Below, in pieces: positions 50,075-62,812 of a stretch of 64,000 nt of DNA. Both the position numbers and the translations under genes were made by a program. Numbering within the stretch: the stretch's first letter is position 1; the number at the start of each line of letters is the position of its first letter. The stretch is from Octopus bimaculoides. Lineage: Eukaryota. Location: NCBI RefSeq assembly GCF_001194135.2, contig NC_068984.1:11515815-11579814 (forward strand), read 5' to 3'. The notes below the pieces were generated by a model, which was given only the letters and a program-made list of their open reading frames with translations, did no database searches and had not been told where the DNA came from.

Positions 50075-50400
50075 GGCATGTGGCTTAATGGTTAGAAAAG
50101 TTGACTCACAACCGTAAGGTCATGAGTTCAATTCCTGGCAGCACATTACGACCTTGGGTAAGACATTTTATTCCACATTGCTCCAGTCCACTCAGCTGGC
50201 AAAAATGAGTTGTACTTGTAATTCCAAAAGGCCAGCCTTGTCACATTCTGTGTCACACTGGATCTGCCTGAGAACTATGTTAAGGGTACACATGTCTGTG
50301 GAGTACTCAGCCACTTGCACATTAATTTCATGAGCAGACTATTCCATTACTTGGATCAACTAGAATGCTCATTATTGTAACCAACAGAATGCCAGTATTA
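50075..50400 (+). mobile_element. SINE family D (tRNA head ...cttgagcaagacactttatttcac...cagctggcaaaaatgag); others near 20685(+), 26300(+), 29280(-), 37650(-), 55400-55885(-, two copies)
   Basis: A box tggcttaatgg, B box gttcaattcc; shared body between copies. Confidence 0.75.
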
Positions 50401-53400
50401 CCATATTATTATATCATATCATATATTCATCATCATCATCATCATTTAACATCTGTTTTCCATGCTGGCATGGGTTGGATGGTTTGATTGAAAACTGGCA
50501 AGCCTATCATTTGTTATATTATTATCATCGTCATCATCATGATATTATATCTCATCATTTTTTTTTTTGTTATATTATTAAGTCATTATGATCTGTGGGT
50601 TTTAAGGGGTTTCAGATATTTTTTTAACATCAGCCCCTCCCCTCTCCCCTCCCCAGTTGATCAAGTTCCAGTTTGCATCTCAGCTGCAACAAGTCACATG
50701 TCTGCCCTCTTTGACATGTGAGAGCGGCTCACAAAGGACTTGGTAAGTGATTGGTAAGTGATGTCAAGACACCCTCAGCCTTCTTGGCAATTTCAGCAAT
50801 GTGTTTCATAAGTCAACTCTACTTCCACAATACACAAAATATTTTAACAATTTTTTTGTACAATTCCTTATAATACTTAATTATAAAAATATAACAGGAT
50901 TCTTTAAACATCAAATTACTATGAGAGTCCACCCAAGTAAAATAAGAATGAAAGGGGTCCATAGATAAAAACTGGTTGAGAGCAACTGGTGTAGGTGCAT
51001 GACAAACATTGTTGCACAATGACTAAATCAACCACAGACAAAGTAGACAACTCATAATATAAAAAAAGAATATTTTGTAATCATTTGATGCAGCAAAGTC
51101 TCAAAGAAAACAAACTTCTTTATTATTAGAAAAGATAGAGTAACTGTGAAAACGAGGCCTAAATTAGGTCATGACCTTGATTTACTTGGAGGTTACTTAC
51201 CCTATGGCAATCATCTTATTATATGCTGCTATTGTTAATTATATGTAATTTTTAAAAATCTTTCCTCCCATGACAAGCTATCTTTCTTATTGCTGAACAA
51301 AGACATTAAATTGAACTGATTCAAGAAGGAGAAAATTCGTTTAGTGATACAATACAAGCATAGAGATATCGGTCTCAAATTTTGGCACAAGGCCAGCAAG
51401 TTCATGAGTGTGGGTAAATTGATGATATCAGCTCCAGTGCTCAACTGGTACTTATTTCATCGATCCCCAAAAGAATGAAAGGCCAAGTTGACCTCAGTGG
51501 AATTTGAGCTCATCATCATCATCATCGTTTAATGTCTGTTTTCCATGCTGGCATGGGCTGGATGGTTTCACTGAGCTCTGGAGAGCCAGCGGCTGCACCA
51601 GGCTCTAATCCAATCTGGCAATGCGTCTACAGCTTCATGCCCTTCCTAGTGCCAACCACTCCAAGAGTGTAGTGCATGCTTTTTACATGCTACCAGTACA
51701 GGAGCCAGTCAGACAGGCCTGGCATTGATCATGTTCAGAAAGTGCTTTTTACGTGCCACTGGCATGGGGGTCAGTCATGGGTTACTGGCATTGGCCATGC
51801 CACTAAGCATTTTGTCCAGCCTTCTAATGATTCGGCCAGTTCACCACTTTATTAGGGTAGAGATATTAAAATGAAACTTGCTAACTTATAGTTCAAATTT
51901 ACAAGTTAGCTGAAGTTAGCTTAATATTTCACTTCACCAGAGTTGATAAAATGTACATCAATGCCCCTTTTGAAGTAAATAATTAAAGCTCAGATGAGCC
52001 TTAATATACCGGAAGTTGCTTCCTTACATTTCATAAGCTGCTTCAACCAAAGCTAACTGGATTGTCCATCAACAACTTCTTAACTAGGCCAGAAGCCACT
52101 TTGTCCTAAAATACCACACTGAAATGTCAATTAAACATATTTATAATTCAGATGTAAAACCACGACGATAAGATCAATGTGATTTATTCTGATATTATTT
52201 AAAGCTACATTTTCCTTTCTGACTCACCATTATCTTTCCATTTACATTTTGGATTCCTTGCATTAAGACATCTAATTCCAGAAGAGAACATAGTATCTGT
52301 AATGCAGTTCAGATTTCCTCCCATAAATATTTTATTAGTAAATTTCTGTTCTCATTTCTTTATGCTGATATCTGAAACATAATGCACCAGATTTTCTTCA
52401 GTTTTTGAAAACTGTATATAAAACATTTGTAGTTTATCAACAGAACATTCAAAGAAACTTGTCTTAAAATTATCGTAAGTTCAATTATTTCAAATATATT
52501 TATTTACTCTGCAATTATACTCATTTTTAACTGAGATTATTAAAAATATCATTAATCTGATTTTTATTAGTGTTTAGAAAACAACTTGGTAATCATTCTT
52601 TTTTATTAACTGATGATGATGATGGTGATGATAACATTAACTTAATATTAATCAATTAATCCTTTTCAGACAGTGTCTAAAGCTGCTTTCTTTATTAAGT
52701 TTACGAAAAAGGAGAAAAAGAGAAAATGTTAACTGAAGATTTGCTAATTAAATCCCTGAAAATTCTCATCTGTTATTCATTACCGCATGAGGAAAATATT
52801 TTGAAATAGAGCTTTACAAAAACTATGAAAAGGTTGTGCATTTATTTATTTATTTGTCTATTTATTTATTTATTCCTCTTAATTAGAAAAGCAAAGAAAA
52901 GAAGTCTATGCCTACAATATTTGTAGCTTTTCCTGTACAGTGAAGTCAATACAAGGCTAAATTTCTGTTTGTTGATGCCTGTAAGTGAAAAACGGATTTC
53001 AGAAGGCTGGAAGAAGGTTACTCAAGTTGTTTCTGAAATATCATGGCTTAATAATATTCAAAAACTATTTTAATCCATTGTTTATAAAAGGAGTCCTCTA
53101 GCGTTTCTGCTACTTTCCCATTCTTACATTATAATGTAAAATGTCTCCAAAGTCTAGAAGGATTTATCTTGTCTCTTGACATTTAAATGAATGGTCTCTC
53201 GATTCCAACCCTTCTCTCTCTCTGGACAGGGTAACAGTATCCCTCAGCCCACACCCAGGTGATGTTGCCAGCTGAACTGATGACTATTCTTGGCATGTAA
53301 ATAAATCAGTGATAACAGAGGAATGATGTTCAGTGATGTGTGAGATCTTGGAAAATAATTGACTCAGTCTGGTTATCAAAGCCTGATAGTAACTGTAATG

Positions 53401-54005
53401 GCAGCAAAATAAACAGTCTGCCCTTGGCCCCCAAACACTAACCTCAATTGTGCATCATCAATGATAAATGCAGAAGAACAGTAAATGTCACACTCTGACC
53501 AAATCCACCCAACCAACTGCTACTGTGGCTACTACTAGAATTGAAAGGACATACTGAAATGATTGGACAGTGGTGAAAGTATGACAAATGTAGACTGTAA
53601 TATTGTGTCTCATATAAAAATAACCACTGCATGTCAGAGGGTGCAGTATGGTTCTCAGTTAGGTGAAGGCATGGCATGTTTAGAACAATAGGTTAGTGGG
53701 TCACATCTAGTTGTTTGGTCATAGTTCTGCTCAACCAGAATTGATACACAGCAACAATGCATAGTTAATGCAGTTAGTGACAGAGATAAATCCAAGTGCT
53801 TTTTGCAAACAAATGGACCACCGCCACCACCACCACCACCGCCACCATCACCACCACCACCACTGTTTTAAATAGTGTATCAGTAAGCATATTTTTTATT
53901 TTATGATTTTAATACTTCCAAAAGCAATTACAGCTTCTGGAGGAAAAGGGAGATTTGCTACATTTTATTAAGAGTTTGCTGTAATAACCTTGTAATGAGT
54001 TTCAG

Positions 54006-54245
54006 TTTAGTGTCTGGCTCCAGATCTCAGATTGCTGTGGTTGTTCAGGCAGTGGAAATGGAGTCTTTATAAGACATGACCACTTCAGCAGACCATCATC
54101 AAGAGAACAAACGTCTGCATTGTCATTATGTGGGATAATTGGTATTGGTACCTGTATGGAATATCCAACAGTTCCGTATTTGCTTTGTGAAACACCTGGA
54201 ATACTTGATCGCTTATATGCTTACCTTAAATCAAGCTTTTGTCAG
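54006..54245 (+). CDS. Candidate exon of an unidentified plus-strand gene (GC-AG donor)
   Basis: gtttcag| acceptor; 80 open codons (FSVWLQISDCCG...DRLYAYLKSSFCQ); CAG|gcaagt consensus GC donor, phase 0. No recognisable homology. Confidence 0.3.
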
Positions 54246-55349
54246 GCAAGTCTTAAAAATAATCTTCACAATTTTCCAGATGATAAAAGACGAAGGTGGA
54301 CATCATTTTTCTTCAACTTCATATGGGAAACAAACCAAAAATGGTTGTGAAAAAAATTGGCACTGACTTATTTACTTACCAAAGAACAAACATTGGTTTC
54401 TTTTGCTTGTTGGAGTTTTCTTTTTCTTTTCTTTTTTTTTTAAGTTTTACAAATCAGTTAAATGGTAAGAATGATCCAAAATCTGGTAGCAAGACATTGT
54501 TAAAGGTACATACAAAGGCATAGAATAATAACCCCCACCTATCCCAAAAAAACAGACAAAAATCTTTTCCTTACCATATTTCTTTTGGTCAATAACAGAA
54601 CTTTCATAATTGTCTTGTAACAGTGGAAAGGAAAGAGATAGAAAAAATTAGGAAGATTCTAATCCATATTATAGATGTAATTCTTTATTTGAGGGAACAA
54701 GGACTGGTATTCTGTATTTGTTGTGAGTATCAAGGTTTAATACCACCAGGGACAAACAAGGCAATTTTATTTAAACTAAATTATTTAATGAGAAATAATA
54801 CATTACATGAATAACATTTTTTGCTGAATTATCAAAATGCGACATATTTCAACCCTGACATACAAAATTATCTGATACAGTTCTTATCAACCCAAATCAA
54901 GGTGGCTAAGTACTTTTAAATAATTGTTGACTCTACTATTGATATCAGCAGAATCAATCAATTTTCTTTATCCTTATGATATGTAACAATAAATGGTGAT
55001 ACAGTGAAATGATGTATATAATTCAGCGAATTACCCAGAACAATGACTGAAGATTCCTTTCAATATTCTTCTTCCAGTAATCAAAACATTAGGGTATCAA
55101 TAACTATGCACTATGGACAGTTTCCCAATGAAGCAAGTGCCATGTTGAGCAAACTACCTGGCCTCCAAACAAATGATAGGGAAGTTATGCCAAACACATT
55201 CTTTATACAGCAGTATAAACAATTTAAATTTGGTTCTAATTGATACAGTAAGCTCCAGTATTCAGATCAAGTTGTTTCCTTTTTTATTCAACTCTAGAAA
55301 GTGCCTTTACACTTTATTTTACTGTCTGTTCACCTCTCTTGTCTTTCAG

Positions 55350-55383
55350 TATGAGATGGATACTACAATCATATCAGATAAAG
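55350..55383 (+). CDS. Candidate exon of an unidentified plus-strand gene (YEMDTTIISDK)
   Basis: Strong ctcttgtctttcag| acceptor and AAG|gtaaag donor; phase 0 in, phase 1 out. Confidence 0.4.
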
Positions 55384-56214
55384 GTAAAGGTGAAGTTACC
55401 TTCTCGAGTCATGTCGACAAATAAGGGCTAGATTCCTGGTTTTCATGGCATAGAAATTCCCCTGCTCCAGGTGGAATGCCAGTTCATAGCAGCATTAGTC
55501 CTTTTTGCCAGCTGAGTGAACTGGAGCAAAGTGAAATGAAGTGTTTTGCTCAAGAACACAACGGGTCGCCCAGTCCAGGAATTGAAATCACAATCTTACA
55601 ATCATGAGTCCAACACCCTATATAAATAGAAAAAATAAATGTTTCCTTCCCAAACCATGCAGACTCACGAGGGCCAGTTTCCGGTTTCAATGGTGTATAT
55701 ATTCCCTACCTGGATAGGATGCCGATCTGTCACAGGATTACTCATTTTAGCCAGCCGAGTGGGCTGGAGCAATGTGAAATGAAGTGTTTTGCTCAAGAGC
55801 ACAATGCATCGCCCAGTCCAGGAATTGAAACCACAATCTTATGATCATGAGTCCAACACATTAACCACTAAGCCATGTGCCTCCACTAATTGCATCCGAT
55901 CTTTTGTACTGATTCAAAATAAACTTTGTGAAACAAGAAAAATGTCAAGAAAGGGATCAGCTGAAGTAGCATAGCATAATTTATCAAGACTAATCGATGC
56001 TCTATAAACAATTCTGGATGATGAAATAAAAAAAAATGTAACCCTAGATAAATGGCTGCCATAAAAGGTAGGTAAGTAGCTTGCTTACCAGCCACATGGT
56101 TCCAGGTTCAGTGCCACTGCATAGCACCTTGGGCAAGTGTCTTCTACTATAGCCTCGGGCCGACCAAAGCCTTGTGAGTGGATTTGGTAGACGGAAACTG
56201 AAAGAAGCCCGTCG

Positions 56215-56247
<33 letters not shown>

Positions 56248-56767
56248 ATATGTTTGTGTCTGTGCTTGTCCCCCCAACATCGCTTGGTAACCGATGCTGT
56301 TGTGTTTACATATATATATATATCATCAAATCATCATCATCATCATTATCATCATTTAATGTCCATTTCTCATGTTGGCATGGTTAGGATGGTTTGACAG
56401 GCTCTGTGAATCTAATGTGTCCATCATTTTTTTCCTTTAGAAAATTTCTCACAAATTGTCTAAATTTCAGAAATTTAATTGTGAGAATCAACCACAGCTT
56501 TCTGCAAATTAAGCATGAAATTTGATGGTAATTTGTATAAAGAAAACATTATTTTGAACACACACACACACAAACACACGCACACGTATGCACAAATGTG
56601 CACACACACACGCATGCACACTCACATACATGTATTCTAAAGTTGAAAATAATTTGGACTGGAAAATGAAAAACTATGCAGTGAAATATCAATTTATTCT
56701 CAAATAGAATTTGTTGAACAAAAAATCAAATTCTTAGAATTTTGTTCTAATTTATTTTTGATTTCAG

Positions 56768-56823
56768 AACCCAATGGCGATTGTGAAAGAGCTTGGTTTC
56801 TTTGGTTGAAACTCAATGATTAG
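56768..56823 (+). CDS. Candidate terminal exon (EPNGDCERAWFLWLKLND*)
   Basis: tttttgatttcag| acceptor; phase 1 matches the previous candidate exon; AATAAA at 56909-56914. Confidence 0.4.
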
Positions 56824-58471
56824 ACAAAAGAATAACTGGATGTTTTGACTATCATTGCTATTGTTTTATATATTTTTAATTTCAAGGACATAAAATTGTC
56901 TGAAATTCAATAAAATCATTAAAAATGAAAAAAAACTATTGGAACAACAACAAAAAAATCCAATTACTTGTAAACTATGATTTTAAACATTTCAATTTCT
57001 TTTTTCAGTAAATAATTTAATAAAGTACACTAACATTTTATTTTCATGCATAAAAGGCATATGTTGTGGTTGGAATGTGTGTTTGAGCAAGTAAACTAAA
57101 ATTTTTTCTTGTCCCAGTTGGGCATTTGAAAATAAAGTCACCCTAGTAGTAACAGACAGAAAAAGAAGTACATAAAATGCCAGAAAGTGAGGAATGTTTT
57201 TTTTTTTAACTGATAAACACCCATCCAACAACAACTAAACCAAAAGCACCCACCATGAGTTGACCCACTCATCATCATCGTTTAACGTCCGCTTTCCATG
57301 CTAGCATGGGTTNNNNNNNNNNAGGCTCCAATCTGCTTTGGCAGAGTTTCTACAGGTGGATGCCCTTCCTAACGCCAACCACTCCAAGAGTATAGTAGGT
57401 GCTTTTACGTATCACCGGCACGAAGGCCAGTCAGGTGGTACTGGCAATGGCCATCTGCAAATTCATTCAAATCTCATTTATATTTCCAATATTGATGCAG
57501 TGATAGAAGAAGTAGATCAATGGTGCTAATTAAGTAAAATCAGTGAATTGATTATGTAGTTGTACTTGTTTAGCAAATCACTTGATCTGATATCAGATGT
57601 TTAAACTAAAACTAACTGTGGAACAATCATACTAGCCATTTAAAACTATTTATGGTTATATTCATTTTTGGTCTTTTTTTGTGATAATCTTTGGTATATT
57701 TTGTTATCATAATGTACTATAAAGCATCACAAATTAGTCACTAAAGCAATTCCATATACAAAAACAAAATATTATATACTCTTGCCCTTGTAGCAGAGAT
57801 TCAATTTAATTTGAGATTGTGTTAGCTCAGTAATGAGAAATTGGTCTCAGCATATCAGGGGATCTTGGCTTAATTGTTAGCTAAAGGCATTTTAGTTGCA
57901 ATAATTTGCTTGCACAATATTAAGTGAAAATTTCCAGTGTTTGCTGCCATTTCCTGCCAAAACATGACAATAAATTGTGATGCATACCACAATCAACCAG
58001 AGAAGAGACGCAGCGACATAGCCAGAGGCAGCAGATATCCGTGAAAAGACAGGTTGCTCAGTCATTGCTTGACTCTAGGTTAACAGATTAAAAGGAATAA
58101 TCTGTCTACAATGAACACAGCATTTTCCCATGTCTTACAGCACAAAGATAAAGCTGGTTTTTTTTCTAGCTTGTTTGTATTGGCATAATTCACTGCTGCT
58201 AATCACTGATACAGCCTCCGGCAACTAAGCTATTGTACTCATTGTAATGTTTATGTATAAATAAATGGTTTCATTGAAAACTGCAAATGGACTTGGTTTT
58301 AATGAGTAAAACATGCAGCCTTAACCAGCCTAAAACAGTTTTACCAACAATTCAGCACATTTAACCAAACCTCCACATTCCCAATGAGTAGAGTCAAAAA
58401 TTATGTGGAGTACTAAAAAAAATGACAATTTCTATGGATGTATGTTTTAAGCCTAGTAGATAATAAATCTG

Positions 58472-58512
<41 letters not shown>

Positions 58513-59359
58513 AGTCTCACCCTCAGTTTGTGTAATTTTTCAGTTTTAATTTTCTTTTGAAAATTATTGTCAGATTTTTGTTTCAAACACCCGAGATAAT
58601 GATTCTTTAAATATATGCATAATATAAATCTGAAAAAAATTTTCGAAAATACATCAAATCTGAAAACAATGCTTAAAATAACTACAGCCAAAGAAATTAC
58701 AGGTATTGACATGCTTTACAATTTCTGACTCTATACTTAACACACGCCAAGCATTATTTTGACGATAAAGTTATATCTTTCTCTATCTTTCACTTGTTTC
58801 AGTTATTAGACTATGGCACCACCTTGAAGAATTTTAGGCCTGATTTTTATTCTATCATTCTCTATTGCCAAACCGCTTAGTTATGCAGACACACCAACAC
58901 TGATTGTCAAGCAGTGGTAGAACACACACACAAACAAGACAGGCTTCTTTCAGTTTCCATCTACTAAATCCACTCATAAAGCTTTGGTTAACCCAAGGCT
59001 ATAGTAGATGTTTGCCAAAAGTGTAATGCAATGAGACTGAACCTAGAACCACCAGGTTGTTTGGGCTGACAAAGCAAGAAATCATGCGTGTTAGCTATTA
59101 AAAAAAAAAAAGGGCCTCTTGGATGGAAGTGGACTACCTTGTATATGGAATCTACCAAACTATCCTTGATAGATATATATTTTATGAGAAAACAATAAAG
59201 AAATAATGCGGCAAGCATAAGATGTTAAGAGAAAATTAATTCCTTATATATATTCAGGTAAATCACTTATCTACAGAGGAACTTCTCAGTAGCGAAGGTA
59301 GGGGTAGGTGTCAAGAGGCCTCCACCCTGGGCAATTCTGTCTAATGTATCTGCCTGTGT

Positions 59360-60754
59360 TAGGGCTCGAAACCGGTTTTATATTATGATCAGTAAAACCG
59401 AAACGGATTTGCCAAAACTGATTTTAATGCTTGTTGTTTCTATTTTTTTTTTTTCGCAAAACATTTCTTCATTTTTTTCTTTTGAAGAAATATCGTTGAA
59501 ACTGAACTAACTGAACTGTTGTCGGTCGCCTTTAGTTGTGAGTGCAGTCTGTTTCATTGAAACATATCACAACATATCAATTCTCACCTTCTCTCCCTTT
59601 GAACCTTAGATCAGCACCTTGTCATTTCCTTTGCTAACCCCTGGCTGACTCTTTGAATTTGGAGGTANNNNNNNNNNNNNNNNNNNNNNNNNNNNNNNNN
59701 NNNNNNNNNNNNNNNNNNNNNNNNNNNNNNNNNNNNNNNNNNNNNNNNNNNNNNNNNNNNNNNNNNNNNNNNNNNNNNNNNNNNNNNNNNNNNNNNNNNN
59801 NNNNNNNNNNNNNNNNNNNNNNNNNNNNNNNNNNNNNNNNNNNNNNNNNNNNNNNNNNNNNNNNNNNNNNNNNNNNNNNNNNNNNNNNNNNNNNNNNNNN
59901 NNNNNNNNNNNNNNNNNNNNNNNNNNNNNNNNNNNNNNNNNNNNNNNNNNNNNNNNNNNNNNNNNNNNNNNNNNNNNNNNNNNNNNNNNNNNNNNNNNNN
60001 NNNNNNNNNNNNNNNNNNNNNNNNNNNNNNNNNNNNNNNNNNNNNNNNNNNNNNNNNNNNNNNNNNNNNNNNNNNNNNNNNNNNNNNNNNNNNNNNNNNN
60101 NNNNNNNNNNNNNNNNNNNNNNNNNNNNNNNNNNNNNAAATTACAACCAACATCTGCAAACGGAGTCAGGAATATGGTAATGAATTATTACATAACCAAG
60201 AAAGAAGAACTTATTCATTATTTCGAAAAAGAAGTAGCGCTGGGGATTCGCTACTCATTGACATTGGATGAATACACATCAATTCAAAATAAACGATATA
60301 TGAACATAAATGTTCATGGGAAAGACTATCATTGGTCGTTGGGTCTTATTGAGATCCACGGCTCCCTTAATAGCAGGAGAACACTGAATGCATTGTGTTT
60401 TTTAAAAGATTATTTTCGAAGGAAAGTGAATCATCAAGCAAGTCAAGAAACTTGACTGATTCTCAAAGATACAACGACTTGGAAAAACGTTGCATTCCTG
60501 ATTAAATAAATATAATACCATTATTTTTTGTTATTGTTTGTACATAGATACAGATACAGGCACCACCAACATATTTGTGGATATCAGTCAAACTGTTACT
60601 TTCTCTCTTTCTCTGTGTATGTATATAAACAAAATACAATATATGACAAACTTCTTCGTTACAGGGACACCGCTCTAAATCCACGAAAACCGGTTTTGAG
60701 AATTACTTGTACTTAAACTTGGTTTTGGGAATTATCGGTTTTGTGCGAGCCCTA
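59360..60754 (+). mobile_element. Internally deleted hAT DNA transposon (contains assembly gap)
   Basis: TIR core tagggctcg / cgagcccta with subterminal aaaaccg repeats. ORF 60174-60455 has RYSLTLDEYTS..NKRYMNINVH...WSLGL, the region of the first catalytic Asp of hAT transposases. Confidence 0.85.
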
Positions 60755-61119
60755 GTGTAGACTTGGGGACTAGGAGAATGGTGGCACACACTCGAACTAT
60801 GCCATTGGAAGTATTTACGCTCTTCTCTATATTTTATAGATTATTCTTTCTCTGCAAATTTAATGTCTTTCGCATTTGTATTATATTACATTTATTCTAG
60901 ATTCAGTTTGTAGTTTCTTTTGAGTTTAGCACATGAAGGATCGTCCGACTAGTTCCACACTGGTACTGAAAACTATATACTGTTCAGTACTGAACTATAC
61001 TTATATTGGATATATATTATGTTGTAGTGGTGAAAGTCAGCTGCAACAGTTAATGAAGGAAGGTTAAAATAATGAAGGTGCTTTGTTTAATTTAAATAAT
61101 AATTTGAAGAATGTGTGGT

Positions 61120-61376
61120 GGCGAGCTGCCAGAATCGTTAGCACACCGGGCGAAATGCTTACTGGTATTTCGTCTGCCGTTACGTTCTAAGTTCAAATTC
61201 CACTGAGGTCGACTTTACCTTTCATCCTTTCGGGGTCGATAAATTAAGTACCAGTTACGCACTGGCGTCGATGTAATCGACTTAATCCGTTTGTCTGTCC
61301 TTGTTTAGCCTCTTGTGGGCAATAAAGAAATAGGAATCATTAGCACGCCGGGCGGAATGCTTAGCGACATTTCGTC
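61120..61376 (+). mobile_element. SINE family A (tRNA-headed; ggcgagctggcagaatcgttagc...), full copy plus partial second head
   Basis: A and B boxes (B: gttcaaattcc), body gtcgactttgcctttcatcctttcggggtcgat; CpGs intact. Confidence 0.85.
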
Positions 61377-61695
61377 NNNNNNNNNNNNNNNNNNNNNNNN
61401 NNNNNNNNNNNNNNNNNNNNNNNNNNNNNNNNNNNNNNNNNNNNNNNNNNNNNNNNNNNNNNNNNNNNNNNNNNNNNNNNNNNNNNNNNNNNNNNNNNNN
61501 NNNNNNNNNGAAGTTACAAAATGAAAATAGTTAATAATTAAAATATGCTAATTTTCTTGCTACTTGAGGACATGAAATGAGTCAAGACCTTTGAATGAAC
61601 GAAAAGACTTAATAACGAAAAGTTTGTTTACTTAATTATTATGGCATTATAAGAGGATTTAACAGGACAATGTAGTTCTCGATAAACTAGAATAA

Positions 61696-61885
61696 GGCAG
61701 GGAGCTGGCTGAATCGTTAGCATGCCTAGCGATATTTCTTCCGACTTTGCCTTCTGAGTTCAAATTCTACCGAGGTCGATTTTGCTTTTCAACCTTTCGT
61801 GGGTCGATAAAATAAGTACCAGTTGCGGACTGGAGTCGATGTAATCGACTTGTCCCGCCCCCAAAACTTCAAGCATTGTGCCTAT
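61696..61885 (+). mobile_element. SINE family A copy interrupted by the TIR element; tail resumes at about 62813
   Basis: Same body as the 61120 copy; ends ttgtgcctat, and agcagaaaag resumes after the insertion. Confidence 0.8.
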
Positions 61886-62812
61886 AGGGCTTTCCTATAA
61901 GTAGGTTATCTCCCTTGGCTAGGCGGCGCTCCGTGTAGATAATTAAACTTCCGGAGGCTAACCCACGCCATTGTTATTGTTTTACATCTTATCATGGGTA
62001 TAAAGCAGCTTGATGATTCAGCTATCGAAGTACTTACTGTGCCTGAGTTACAGAANNNNNNNNNNNNNNNNNNNNNNNNNNNNNNNNNNNNNNNNNNNNN
62101 NNNNNNNNNNNNNNNNNNNNNNNNNNNNNNNNNNNNNNNNNNNNNNNNNNNNNNNNNNNNNNNNNNNNNNNNNNNNNNNNNNNNNNNNNNNNNNNNNNNN
62201 NNNNNNNNNNNNNNNNNNNNNNNNNNNNNNNNNNNNNNNNNNNNNNNNNNNNNNNNNNNNNNNNNNNNNNNNNNNNNNNNNNNNNNNNNNNNNNNNNNNN
62301 NNNNNNNNNNNNNNNNNNNNNNNNNNNNNNNNNNNNNNNNNNNNNNNNNNNNNNNNNNNNNNNNNNNNNNNNNNNNNNNNNNNNNNNNNNNNNNNNNNNN
62401 NNNNNNNNNNNNNNNNNNNNNNNNNNNNNNNNNNNNNNNNNNNNNNNNNNNNNNNNNNNNNNNNNNNNNNNNNNNNNNNNNNNNNNNNNNNNNNNNNNNN
62501 NNNNNNNNNNNNNNNNNNNNNNNNNNNNNNNNNNNNNNNNNNNNNNNNNNNNNNNNNNNNNNNNNNNNNNNNNNNNNNNNNNNNNNNNNNNNNNNNNNNN
62601 NNNNNNNNNNTGTCCGGTGTCTGGTAATCCCTTCGATACCGACATCAAACCAAAAAAAGAATCCTGACCACAGAGTGTGGGTAATTATGTCAAATGTTAC
62701 TGGCAATGTGCATTCAGCTGATTGCAACTGTTAAAGCAAGTCACTGAGCATGCGTACATGTCATACGGGAGAGTTCCAATCAGGGGTGGATAACACCTTA
62801 TAGGAAAGCCCT
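61886..62812 (+). mobile_element. TIR DNA transposon remnant with SWIM zinc-finger ORF fragment (ISL2EU-like)
   Basis: TIRs agggctttcctataag...ttatc / gataa...cttataggaaagccct. ORF ends VWVIMSNVTGNVHSADCNC and continues after a frameshift as KASH*ACVHV (CxC...CxH). Inserted inside a SINE tail. Confidence 0.65.
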
